From contig NC_087251.1 of assembly GCF_037042905.1 (NCBI RefSeq), positions 14,820,001 through 14,884,000 on the forward strand: a DNA stretch of 64,000 nucleotides, written 5' to 3'. Source of the DNA: Lytechinus pictus (Eukaryota). Below the pieces are notes generated by a model. The model had not been told where the DNA came from. It was given only the letters and a program-made list of their open reading frames with translations, and made no database searches. Within the stretch, counting starts at the first letter, position 1; the number at the start of each line of letters is the position of its first letter. The position numbers and the translations under genes are program-made. This document shows, in pieces, positions 14,201 through 26,334 of this stretch.

Positions 14201-17200
14201 TAAAGTTTATCTACAGTGTACACTTAAAAATGATTAATATAATCCCATTCATGTCAGAACTAAAAGTGAGAAAAGCAAAACATAACAGAGAAACAATCAC
14301 AACTTTCTATCACTATTTACCAAGTAGGCAGTCTGTACTTTACAGGAAGAAGAAGGTGAAAATTTTAGAACTTACAAAGTCACTTCAGATGGAAGAGCAA
14401 ATACATGTACATACCCCCACTCATACATGTACAATGTAGATACAGGGAGCAAATTTTGTTTCACGTTGCAATGAGAATCAGTATACAGCAGAGTAGTTGG
14501 AGCTGATACAGGTGATAGGATCAGTGAACAAAATGAAAGGACATTGACACTGGCGAGCACAAATAATAAATGGGTGGAGGGTTGAAATCAGTTAGCCATG
14601 TTACAAAAATATCATTAAGAATATAAAAATCTTTCATAATAGCAAAATGCTTTGGTGTAGGTTCTTGTGAGGTAGGCATAGCCTCGGTCAAAGTTCATTG
14701 GTCTTTAAGTGTTGAGAGATCAGTATGTAATACTGTGCTGTGAAGTTCTGTAATGTTTGAATATACTGTGCAACATTATGACAAACAATGTATGAGATGT
14801 TCAGCAAAATTAAGTGAACTCAAATAATTTTAATGGCATGCTGAAGTCAAATTGGTTCGGATAAAATATCCAGAGAAAAATGAATGAAACCTATTGAACA
14901 TGGAGTAAAATACATCAAAATAATGAAAATATACTAATCATTTTATAAATATTATTCTTATCAATTAAAGTTTATCTTCGTGACAGCACTTGTGAGTTGG
15001 TCTCCTATGTATTGTGCACTATTACTAATACCAAGGAGGTTTCAAATGAGATGGAGTAACAGCAAATAAAATCCCTTTGAACAAGGTTAAAATCGCCAGC
15101 AGAAAGTATGTCAGGCATGCACTTTCCTCAACATCTCTTGCTATTGTGTAGACAAATGATTCCCGCATGACTCTGCAGCTATAGGTCATACATGTATATA
15201 AAGGGAAATATGCTATTGTGATGATAATTACTTTTTCGCCGCATCTGGTCTGGTTATATGTGTAGTACGTACATAATTCGGAGGCATGCGAAAATAAACT
15301 ATGCAATGTCCTGAAATATGACTCAAATTTCCTCGACTGGGCATGTGCGGGCACTCATCTGGCATATATACAATAATGAATAGCAATATTCCATCAAACA
15401 CATTTAAAATTTTAATTTGCCGCAAACGATCGGAAGTGTTAAAATCTGGTTTCAGTAAAGGTCAAATTCTTACTTTTTCCACTAAGTAAAAGGTAAATTG
15501 ATACAATCTGGGCAAATATCTCACCGTAATAGTGCTTGGTTATTGATGTCTTGTCATGCGTACAAATTTCTGTTTGTTTCTTAATATAAAAGATAGAAAA
15601 TTGATCCAAATGGATATTTGTAAAATTTCACTCCTCGGATTTCTTCACTGAAACTGGCGGCTTCGAAGGCGGACATCAAAAAGGTCTTAACTGACGTTCT
15701 TTCTTTTATGCTTCTTTTAATGCTTGAATAAATTTGTTGCCTGTTGGAACTCCAGTCATAGAAACTTCTTGCTAATACCAAATTTGAATTCCATACATGT
15801 ATACTGGCATTTCTTCAAGGACTATAAAATGATTAAATATGACATCAAAGAATATAATTTTCATTTTCATACAATTACATGTACATCACATGCTTCTACA
15901 GACAAAAAAAAATCTATCATGAACCGTTTTGCAAAATGCATATGAGATAACAATTACATGTATGTGATGTCAAAAATAACTTAAAATTCTTATCTATATG
16001 TATAGGCTACCTTCATTACTGTTTTTCCATTTATCAGATTTCATTAAAACCCACTTGGCATACATGTAGGGTCTTAACTTTCCCTTTAACAGTTTCAACA
16101 GACCCATTTCAACAATAATGTTAAGTCTTACTGAGAAGGTAGAATATTACAACATTCTTTACACATAAGTTTGTGAATATTTTTGGTAAAATATAGGAAG
16201 ATAATTCATTTCATTGTAAAACTTCATTATTTTTTTAAGTTTGAATATCAATGTAATGTTTTTGTCAATCTATGTGTAAACCCGTCAGTGTCAACCCTCT
16301 ATCAATAAGGACTCACAACATGTGAGTGTACACAACATTATTTATTATTTAACCTGAAGGATTAATAATTTTCTTATGTTAGTTTCATTATTGACTGAAA
16401 CTTATTGATGAAAATATTTTGTTAATTAATGGAATTATACACTGTCATTTTTTCTGTAGCAATGATTGTCAGCTTATATTAAAAACAGTACACAAAAATG
16501 CATTAATTGTGAATTTGATTGGTAATTTTTCATAAATGAAAGGATTTTTTCTAGAAAAAAAATCTCTGAGACAACATTCTCTATTGAAAATTCTCTATTT
16601 GAAATTTTAGAAAATTGATTTGATCCAAAAAGATGAAAATCACATCACTGATTTTTTAACTAATTGTATGTTCAATTTTCACATTGACTTGCTGAAAAAT
16701 TCAAACCTGATTTGTCCACTTTTCTTTTGAACGAATACAAAAATGGTCATAAAATTGAGACATTTTTATTGCATGAAAGCACACAATGTATACTATAAAT
16801 GTTTCGATTAATTTTCAAACTTTTATTTCTTTTGATCTCACCCCTGTACATCCCCTCTATAATGATGTCCTGCTTTGCATTCCTTGTATATTACAAACAA
16901 TTTTCTTTGCTCCTCTCTTCATATGCATATTATACAATTGGCCTCATGACAATTTTAGTCCTCGAAGCATGGACCTACATGTACTCCTGGTGGAAGCAAT
17001 GTTTATTTATTTTAAAAAAAAACACTTTGAATACATTCATTATGATTTATAGCAACTTTCATAGGTTCTTTTCTACACAAATTATCACCACAGGGAAGCA
17101 AGGCTTGAATGTGTATGCTGTTTGTGAACTATGCAGGGAAACACTAGCTATATATGCTAGACCCAGGCCACTCTTCACAAGTTATTAAATAGAGGATTAA

Positions 17201-20200
17201 GCCCTTGGGACAAGTTGGCTTATAATATGAAACAAAAATCAAAGAATATGATCGATAAAAGTTTGAGTATAATTTGAAAAACAATAAGAATTTTTTTTTT
17301 TTAAAGAATGCCACAATAACTAAAGCTACGGAGATCCTCTGATTGGCAATGTGACCGACAAGTACAACTCTCCCCTTTGTACACTAAAAAGTTAGGATAA
17401 CATTTCAAAAACTTAACCAGCTTAAAAATGTCAATGTTGGCAATGCCACTGCAGTCGGAAAAGTGGCCCCTATAGTCTCGCTCTGCTATGCGGGCGAGAC
17501 CAAAACTAGTTGTATTCAGCATTGTACATTAAATTGAACTTGGGCAGCAGGGCCAGGGGCTATTATAATTTCCAGACCAAAAGAAAAAGTGTAATCCAAA
17601 CCTTTTACTCAAGAGCTGTTAAAAATCGAAATAATTTTTTTTTTTCTCAAAAATATATTGTAAAAAATTTTTCCAAATTTTCCCACAGCTCAGAAAACAC
17701 AACAACACTAAGTCTATATCCTCTTCAAGTGACAAAAAAAAACATGTCAAATGCAAAGAGGGGTGCAATCAGAGTCTCCAGCTGATATCTAAAAAAAAAA
17801 ATAAAACTTATCTCAACTCACTTCTCATTTTCATGCTCTCTGCTCATCAAAACCTTTGCTGAATTTTGAAAAACTATTGTGCTTGACTGCTGCTCGATAT
17901 GACTGAATTTATAAAGTGTTTGGTAAACAAACTTGTTGTTGTATTCTTTTATTTTGGGCCAATTCTGCACACCCTTGGTGTCGAAAGCTCAAAGTCAAAC
18001 TAAGAGTAGACCGAAAAAGCGGTCCATTTTGGTCAGGATATGATCCGCTGAAACTTCGTCTGGCTTTGCGGCATCCCCTCCCTTTATAGTTTTAGACCGA
18101 AGTGTCCTATCATAGGACTCCTATGAGTACCACAGTGGTGGTGGTAAACACCATGCCATGATAAACGAACGCAATTGGCTGGGGCATGTATCGCTATGGG
18201 GACTGTTTCATGAAATGGTCTTTGGTAGAACCGCTCTTCATAAGAACAAGATATCGCTCGACTGTTTCACAAAGCCGATTTGGGCGATATGAAGAATGGT
18301 CCTTGGAAAGATACCTCCAGACATGTCCTACAAAGGCATGATCTTCTTTGCACACCACCCACCACCGTCGGCATTGAGAGAAAATGCGTTTACTGCAAGC
18401 CGCACTAACATATCACCTTTAAACATTTGGGGGGGTCATTTGATAGCACTCTGATGCATTTTATCTGGGATGGCGCCAAGTTATTTTTTATATGGGGGCT
18501 GTCATCAAACAGATATTATTTTAACATCTCCGGGATAATCTAGGCCCAAATAATTTTTTAGAAATATACATGTTTCCTTTTATTTTTTCCCTCTTTTCCC
18601 CACCCCTTTTCCAGTTTTTTTTTTTCAACCAAACTTGAAATATCGAAATGGGTGGCAATCTCTCTGACCCCTCATGCTTCATCATTAGATTAACAACATG
18701 AAAACAATTCTTTTAAAAAGAAATTATGTATGGTAAAGAAAAAAAACCATGATACAAAATAAAGATGTTACTAAACATGCTAAATCATTTATTTATTTTT
18801 CTTTCATTTTCATTATCATTATTATCATTTTTTTGCTGAAATTGATTATAATTAATGAAAATTGTTGGATTTGTGCTAACTTTAGTTGATGAATTAAACA
18901 AAAAAAATCTGCAGTAACAAAATAGCAAGGGCCTAATTAATATATAGATTAGGCATATAGCTTACAAATCAATCACAATCATTAGAAATCAAGATAAATT
19001 GTACTTAAAAGAAATGGTTATTGAAAGTCCTTACGAAAAGGTGCATTTTAAATTGTAGGGTAGCCCTATGTCATGTCAAAGCAAAAATGTACATGTCGAC
19101 TCCTTAACTTTGAAGTGTTGAACTTTTTATACTTTTTAATATTTTTTTATATTCTTGAAGCTTATGTTCTTATATAAACTTCCATAAAGTTATCAAATTT
19201 AAATATGGCCAATGTTTATGATTGATCATTGTCATGTTTAGCATTGTTTCTGTAAATAGTATTTTCTATTGCGAATTGATTACACACATTTTTCTGTTTT
19301 ATTATTGCAAAGCACTACCCACTTGACATCTATATGCACCAATTTTCATATTTTGCTTGTCTTTGGATAATTTTCATGCAAAGTTATTTGTTAATTCTCC
19401 AAACACTCACATGTATATTTCTTGCCTTATTTATATCCAACAAATAAAAATATAATTAAATAGATTTTCCACATGCAGCCTCTCATATTTTCCTTTTTAG
19501 TCTTCATACGATCAGACACGTTGATTTTGTTCACTCCATTCAAACCCTACTTTTACCTCAACAAATAACATTTAAAGCATAATTGTAAAATTATCACTAT
19601 AATTAATAGTAATGTTGTCGATAGGCCTCATATCGACATTGATGTCAACATACAAAGGATTTTCAATGTTTCCGACATGTCGACATGCACAAAAACTTGA
19701 TTCTCCAGAAAAAATGTGGATTAAATCAGTGATTTTGGAAGTGAATTCACTCTAGCTTAGTGAAAATATGTTTTCCCGAACTGAGCCTGTATCATACAGA
19801 TCTAGATCTAGTGTGGGGATATCACTCGTGTCATTTGATTGAGAGTGTTATGTGCCACGATCTAATGATTTTTTTTAATGTTAGGGAGCCTAGACTAGGC
19901 TAAATTATGGTCCCTTTTTCATGTCGACATTGTCGATGTCGGGATTAATTTTTAAGCGACATGTTGACATGGATTTTTGTTCCCAACAACAGCACTAATA
20001 ATTAAAGTATTCTATAAAAAATCAGAATATTGAATACAGTGTCAAAAAACACCTTAAACTCTCATTCCTTAATGAGTACAACATATAACACATATGAACT
20101 GCTTTCTCTTTTCCGAAATACTTGACTCTCGACCCTATTTCTCTTTCCCCTCCCCTTTCCCTTTTCTCTGCTGGACACAATCGTTTTTTGTTGTTTGTTT

Positions 20201-23200
20201 TATTCCCCCCAGTTTTTAATATTCCCTTCTCCCCCTAATTTATGTAGTCACAGCCCCCCCTTTTCCTTGTTATTCAAACCTATTTTGCCGTTCTTCATAT
20301 GGTCAAGATTGTCCTACTTTACTTTTAATTACATACGATTAAGATTACTACAAATTTATCCCAAGGGACTTACCATTACAAGCTTTGCTTTTTAATAAGT
20401 CCCTCATTTTCATTTTCACATGCTAACTGTAATCTATAATTTGTCTAATTATCAAAATGTGTTTGGAACAAAAAGAATTATATATACTTTGACTATTTCC
20501 TACGAATTTGTTAATTAATTATTGAAGTATTCTTATGACACTTATTCTGTTATGTACATTCATACATGTACATGTATTACATAATCATTATTACATAATC
20601 ACCAGACATCTTTGTCATCTCATCTCATTCCTTATTGGTTTATCTTATGAATTGGGTTCTTACATTTTAGTTCGATCCTTCCATTTTCTTTAGTTTGATT
20701 GGTTGCTATTTCTAATTTAAATATTTATGTAAATTATAGAATGATTTGATTTTAGCTGAGGCAAAGCAGCCCAGATATTAAACAGTGCACTACCAAACTT
20801 CTTCGGTTTAAGTTCTCTTCGTTTTGCGTCTGTTTCACTTATTCCCCCTTCAGCATGATTGATTGAGTTTGTTGATTTAGAACTTCATTTATTTTCTACC
20901 TCCAAACATATAATTTTCTCAACCTTACAACTGGTGGCAGCGTCGGTTCGACACCTTCACGCTATTCTTCAACTTTCCTCGGTTCCACGATTCAGTTTTG
21001 TCTGCATGCTCATCCTTTATCATCTGCTTTAGGAATAAACTTTTACGAACCTCGTCTGTCTTTTGGTCTACCCGGTGCTTTCCAACAGCCATTCGTCTTT
21101 CTGCTCAACTTACCTGGTGAGTGACGACTCCTGTTTAGTCTGAGTACATAAACCTGCAGTACCTGGTCGAAGTGAAACCGCAATCATCTCTGAACTATAT
21201 CCCGAATACCTATATTTGTCTGCTACTGCCTCTTTATTCAGCCTGAAGACTCTCTTCACATCTTTAAGAGACTCTACTCCTTTCCACCTGAACATTTATT
21301 TTGCCACCATAACAATTTGCTGTGATTTCAGATCACTATGTCACGCAACTATTCTTCGGACACTAATGCCATGCTATCACGTCTAGATAGTTTGGAACGA
21401 GCCCTTCAACATCTTCAAGGCAATGTTACCCAACTTCAGGCATTGTTGTCCACATCTGCCCGATCATCTCCAACTCATGTTGCCGCCACGATGTGCAATA
21501 AGACAACACAGACAGAGCCGTCTCGTGTGTCTGCGCCAATGGACCTTGATAATCTCAACCACAAAGTAAGTGAATGTCAGAATGAGGACAGAAATATTTC
21601 AATGCTGAAATACTTCCTGGAACATGACATTAAACCCAAGACCAAGGAGATTGCTGATTTTGAGCCCCAAATGCGTCGACTTCTCTGGCAATACCAACGT
21701 TTCTTCCTGAAGGACGGCAAACTTTTCCGCAAACGAATGGCCTCTGACCGCATAACTGAACACCACCAACTCGTCGTTCCAGCAAACATGATTCCTGATG
21801 TCCTGAATACTTTCCATCCGCTGGATAATCACACAACATTAGAATGCTCAATTTCCACCATCTCTGATCACTTCTTCTGGCCTAGCATGAAGCGAGACAC
21901 TACTCAATTCGCAAGAACATGCAGCGCTTGTCAACTAGCACAAAGTCACGAATCATTAGCCAATCTGGACCAGATGCCAGCATCAGCCATCCGCACCGCA
22001 GTTTGCGCCATAACCGAACTAACGAAAGATTTCATCAGACGCACAGATCCACCTAGAAGTTTGAGACGGAAACGACATTGCAAGAATCGGCACAACAACA
22101 ACTTTCGCAAACCACCAGCAGATCTCCAACCACCACGTTCACCTCCGAGAGATTACCAGCCGCAATCACCAGAGAACCCCTGGAAAGATCTCTCTCACAT
22201 GCGCTCTTATTTCGCTCATCCAGACCATGACACATCCTCATCGCCAAGAGACTACCACCATTCGCGATCAACTCGTACAAGGGACCATCACCACTATCAT
22301 TCGCCACCAAGATACCGAGATTACTCACCTTCAAGAGAACTGTATCCTGAGAACCATACCATCAACTCACCAGATAGATGGAGAGACTCTTATATCAACC
22401 CACCAGATAGATTCAGAGACTCATCTTCCAGGTATACTTACCAACATTCCTCTCATGAACATTTCCCAGTTTGAACAATTACTCTTGAAATGAGAAACCC
22501 TTTAGTGAACTCGGTGCTCATATGTCATTTGCAAACTCTTCAAAATGTCAAGTCTTAATGATCATTGGTATGATTTTCTGATTCTATATATATATATATA
22601 AATGTGCAATTTTACAAGAAAACATTTTGCTTAAGAACCTTTTTTCAGAAGGTGCCAAGCATTTCATGTGCATTTACGTCTATTTTACTATGAAAGCAAA
22701 TATATATCGAGATGTTATGTATTTTTTATGTTCTCAAAATGCTTCAATAAAACCTTTTACAAGGGCATCATTTTAAAAAAAAAAAAATTGAACTTCAACT
22801 GAAAATTTCAATTTTCTCATACAGTACATAAATAGTCATATAAAAAGATTTGAATTTGTCTCCCCCCCCCCCCAAAAAAAAGGGACATCAAAAATTGTGT
22901 TTTATTGTCAAAATTACTCTCATATATTTTCACCTTCATTATAGCTCTTAAATCAAGTTTACTGAAGCATTCACTTTTGAAAAGTTTAGAAAACGTTTTG
23001 TGCTTATATCTCAAAGTTACGAAATTTCCTTTTTATGTCATCGATATGTTGATTGCATGTATAATGTTTGTGTTATAGAATATCTGTTCGTTTAACTCAA
23101 ATTGAAAATGAATTCTTTTAATTGAATACATTTATAAAAAAAAAAAAAAACCGAAATGTACTTATCAATTCAAAGTGTATGTTTTACATCGGCTATAGAC

Positions 23201-26019
23201 CTATAAAAAAAAAAAATCAAACTTTCTTGATGAACAAATATTCATGAACACAAGTTCCTGAATTTTGCCTGTTGATATTATTTTCATTGTACCTGGAGAG
23301 TCTAATAACTGCTTTTGAACAGAATTGTAATATTTATTCTTACATCTTATCAATATACCATACTTTTTATTGCTAAGGAAATATGTAATTTTTGTAAATT
23401 TTAGTCTTGCAACTACTAGGTTTGAAAGAAAACATGGATTTTAATGTTTATGCAGATATCTATATTTAAAATTCTTAATTAGTTTTCCTACTCCCTGTTT
23501 TGATGTCTTAAAGTAAAATTGGAAAAGTTAACTTAAATACATATTCGGCAGACCCACTCTGTTGAATTATTATTCTGCAGCAATTTTAGATTATTTGATC
23601 AACTTCAATATCTCAATATCTTAAAATTTCATTAGTATTTTATCTTGTGCTTTTTAATATTTACTATTCATTTGAGCTGTTACATTGATTTCATTTGTCT
23701 TGTAGTGCTCTCATATGAGTTATTGTTATTCCATTTTGTTAGTCCAGGAGATATCATTTTCCTTTTCCAGTTGAAAAAAAAAAGAAATCTTAGATAATTT
23801 GAAGAAAAAAATATATATATTCGATGATTAGTACAAATTTTATCTTTTCTGAAAAAAAGTTTAATTCTTTTTTTTTTCTTAATTGATATAGTAATTCATT
23901 TCATGTCATGCAAGTATAAGATATACATTGAAATTATTTGCATGTTCATTTATTTTTTTACTGAAGCACAAGTCTTTTTTTTTAATGAAATTACACATAT
24001 GATGCCAAAAATGAAAAGTTTAAAATTCTAGTAAGATTTTTTTCTTCTCCAAATTAATCCTTAATTCTCTCCTGGTCATCACATTTAGATATCAATTATA
24101 TCATTGTGTGATTTTTGTTTCAATATTATGTAAATAATGTTAGATGTTAATATTGTTCATATCTGGTTTTGCAAAAACTGTTTATTTTAGTTCTTTGATT
24201 TAAAAATTGAGGACAATTTTTTTGGAAGGAGAAAGTTTATGTAGGATGGTTATTTTGTCATTTTGCTATTTTGTCTATTTCCTTTATTCTTCAGCTGTTG
24301 TACATTTCCGTTCTGTCTAGACTTATGTTCATTTGCATTTCTTTTCAGCCTAAGGTTATTTGAGTTTAATGATATTCAGTTGTCATTCATTCATTCTTCT
24401 CTGAATGCCTTTCCTCCAATTCTCTTTTGTCATCTTCATTCCTTCTCTATTATCTCTTCAGGTGTTCCACTCATTCCATCCCTCACCTGACTCCTTAGTT
24501 TCTACTTCCATTATTACATAATCACCAGACATCTTTGTCATCTCATCTCATTCCTTATTGGTTTATCTTATGAATTGGGTTCTTACATTTTAGTTCGATC
24601 CTTCCATTTTCTTTAGTTTGATTGGTTGCTATTTCTAATTTAAATATTTATGTAAATTATAGAATGATTTGATTTTAGCTGAGGCAAAGCAGCCCAGATA
24701 TTAAACAGTGCACTACCAAACTTCTTCGGTTTAAGTTCTCTTCGTTTTGCGTCTGTTTCACTTATTCCCCCTTCAGCATGATTGATTGAGTTTGTTGATT
24801 TAGAACTTCATTTATTTTCTACCTCCAAACATATAATTTTCTCAACCTTACACTAACTGTAATCTATAATTTGTCTAATTATCAAAATGTGTTTGGAACA
24901 AAAAGAATTATATATACTTCGACTATTTCCTACGAATTTGTTAATTAATTATTGAAGTATTCTTATGACACTTATTCTGTTATGTACATTCATACATGTA
25001 CATGTATATATATGTTTGTTATGTTTATTATCAGAAAATGGAAGTGAAATAAACTAAACTGAAACTGAAACTGAAAATTACTTAGATACATCAATTTGTG
25101 TCGGACAAGGGTATCTTCTGTTGAAATATCAATGAAAGGTGTCTCTAAACTAATGGGTTCTAGATAAGGGAAATAATGAAAATTTAGATTTTATCCAGTT
25201 ATGTTTGTGAATCTTTAAAGTTTTTTCTCTTTTCTACCTCAAAAAGTACCGGTAAGCTCCATACATTAATTTTACTATCAGCAGCCTAATACATGAAAAA
25301 TTATTTGATCTCCATTTATATGATTTTAAGAAAAGTCATTCCGAAATAGAAGGTTCAGGTGATGATAAAGACTAAATATTTTTCCGATACTATATGTCGC
25401 GGACTTGAAAGTCAAAATTGCCTTTGTGAAACAGAAAGCGCTGATTTGTCGCCAATCTTCCTATCTCGAAAGAATGGCTCTAGGACATTCCTACCTATCC
25501 ATCATCTCATCATGAAACAGGCTCATGTTCTAGATGCATTAGAAACAATAAAAGATATCATTATCAATGGTTAGGAGTGAATTGTTTGTTTGGTTTACCG
25601 TTTAGCCTAGATTTGAAAGTTTGTTTGGAATCAAATTTTTTTATATTTTTAGTCACATAAATGAAATATTTTTGAGAAACTATTGAAATGATTAACATTA
25701 GAGAATAAGAAGTTACACATTTGAGATAATATCAACTTCAATTTTTTTGTGGAATAAAGAAAAAATCATGTTAAATCGTAAGTTATTACGTGCGCAGAAA
25801 TGCCCCCCCCCCCCCCCCCAATTCTATATCGGTCGACTACGGAGCTTCCACGCCGTCGCGCCCGGCCCTGCCGGTGAGGATGCCGCGCACATTTCACTCT
25901 AACAGTTAGGCCTACTCACCTGATGACTTTGGCGTAGAATGGTTATCAATTGCAAGACGAATCACATCTGTTCTACCACTTTCAACTGCTAGTTTAATTT
26001 GCTGAACAGTTTCCTCCAT
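1..26019 (-). CDS. Ankyrin-repeat protein, 5' part (gene continues beyond window start). Coding exons 26019-25920, 13066-12975, 5614-5457, 1083-953, 46-<1
   Basis: The exons have GT/AG boundaries and compatible phases. They join in frame to MEETVQQIKLAVESGRTDVIRLAID...HGNMLHLAAKLGNADVVRALLVSGVDPTIKD...QTAYDIA...VKQFLDSGLDINNKDEATGGNTALHWAASFSGLEIIKILLEHNADVNATNSDGTTP, which is clear ankyrin consensus (G-TPLH-AA--G---VV--LL--GAD-N). Confidence 0.88.
1157..1739. mobile_element. Non-autonomous DNA transposon (Kolobok-like MITE, TTAA|AGG...CCT|TTAA)
   Basis: Long imperfect TIRs (aggtcaagttcacccc / gggcggacttgtcct) flanked by TTAA. Similar copies at 6801-7330, 10634-11642 and 32492-33126. Confidence 0.75.
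1886..2690. repeat. (CAT)n/(CAC)n trinucleotide microsatellite with degenerate (CCT/CTT)n tail, intronic
   Basis: About 440 bp of near-pure catcatcat, followed by a degenerate continuation. It explains the poly-His, poly-Ser and poly-Met ORFs. Confidence 0.97.
3603..4393 (-). mobile_element. Helentron/DINE-1-like (pearl/Tsp-type) non-autonomous element with internal ~164-bp tandem repeats
   Basis: Subterminal inverted repeats gtctcacctgcat / atgcaggtgagac, a short palindrome and (GCC)n near one end, A/T-run flanks, and repeated 'tgacctttgaccttggtcatgtgac...' units. Confidence 0.75.
6801..7330. mobile_element. Kolobok-like MITE, same family as 1157-1739
   Basis: High similarity to the 1157-1739 copy, with a TTAA left flank. 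Confidence 0.75.
9513..9987. mobile_element. MITE, probably PIF/Harbinger type
   Basis: TIRs aggcggtttcaaaccgcctcga / tcgaggcggtctgaaaccacct around a GC-richer body. Confidence 0.7.
10634..11642. mobile_element. Kolobok-like MITE carrying a nested second TTAA-targeting MITE (10934-11330)
   Basis: The host matches 1157-1739. The insert interrupts 'cagtattaaacaatg' and is flanked by duplicated TTAA (10930-10933 and 11331-11334). Confidence 0.82.
17400..17502 (-). mobile_element. Terminal fragment of the Helentron/DINE-like family
   Basis: catttcaaaaacttaacc...gtcggaaaagtggcccctatagtctcgctctgctatgcgggcgagac matches the end of 3603-4393. Confidence 0.65.
19607..19997. mobile_element. hAT-type MITE with 8-bp TSD ATAATTAA
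   Basis: TIRs tagtaatgttgtcg / caacaacagcacta. ATAATTAA at 19599-19606 and 19998-20005. Repeated atgtcgacat motifs inside. Confidence 0.75.
20586..24852 (+). mobile_element. Non-autonomous Gypsy-type LTR retroelement: truncated 5' LTR 20586-20929, full 3' LTR 24240-24852
   Basis: 344-bp direct repeat (20586-20929 = 24509-24852) ending in CA. PBS tggtggcagcg at 20932-20942, complementary to the tRNA-Leu 3' end. PPT ggaaggagaaag at 24224-24235, followed by TGTAGG. Confidence 0.88.
21338..22474 (+). CDS. LTR-element ORF (378 aa): coiled coil + Gypsy integrase HHCC zinc-binding domain + Arg/Ser/Pro-rich tail; no RT, RNase H or DDE core
   Basis: QLVVP...VLNTFH----H...FFWPSMKRD...RTCSACQ is the Gypsy integrase Zn-binding signature. 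The ORF is uninterrupted and GC-richer than its flanks. Confidence 0.8.
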   Translation: MSRNYSSDTNAMLSRLDSLERALQHLQGNVTQLQALLSTSARSSPTHVAATMCNKTTQTEPSRVSAPMDLDNLNHKVSECQNEDRNISMLKYFLEHDIKPKTKEIADFEPQMRRLLWQYQRFFLKDGKLFRKRMASDRITEHHQLVVPANMIPDVLNTFHPLDNHTTLECSISTISDHFFWPSMKRDTTQFARTCSACQLAQSHESLANLDQMPASAIRTAVCAITELTKDFIRRTDPPRSLRRKRHCKNRHNNNFRKPPADLQPPRSPPRDYQPQSPENPWKDLSHMRSYFAHPDHDTSSSPRDYHHSRSTRTRDHHHYHSPPRYRDYSPSRELYPENHTINSPDRWRDSYINPPDRFRDSSSRYTYQHSSHEHFPV

Positions 26020-26334
26020 ACGCCTTAAAAATTATCTGCCTCTGAACCTAAAAGGAATTAATTACAGAACGAAGCGACTTCCAATTCCACGACTGCGGCG
26101 CCACGTCTTGGTAAAATAGTCTGTATTCAATACGGTACTCCACTTGTAACTTAACCGGCCACCAACACATTTAAAGCTAGGTCAAGTCCACCCCAGAAAA
26201 ATGTTGATTTGAATAAATAGAGAAAAATCAAACTAGCATAACACTGAAAATTTCATCAAAATTACAGGATTCTTAAACCTACTTCTACTGTTCTGCTCTT
26301 TCCACAGCTGTAAACATTGATGATTCAGCATCTA

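Larger units (their letters stand above)
20000..25076 (+). mobile_element. 3' end of an L2/Crack-type LINE, interrupted by the LTR element
   Basis: Pyrimidine-rich 3' UTR, stem-loop gggactta...taagtccc (~20365-20403), and an aataaa + (aaactg)n tail at ~25048-25076. Confidence 0.5.
18198..25524. mobile_element. Possible old PIF/Harbinger-type element whose ends bracket the nested LINE tail, hAT MITE and LTR element
   Basis: Inverted matches ctgtttcatga (~18203) / tcatgaaacag (~25510) and ctgtttcacaaag (18263) / ctttgtgaaacag (25422). Confidence 0.4.

Noticed and set aside
16786..17188. Hydrophobic 129-aa and 88-aa ORFs
   Set aside because: AT-rich intronic sequence with no recognisable domain or splice support.
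25095..25130. Possible Harbinger transposase GD.GY motif
   Set aside because: Too short, with no supporting open frame around it.
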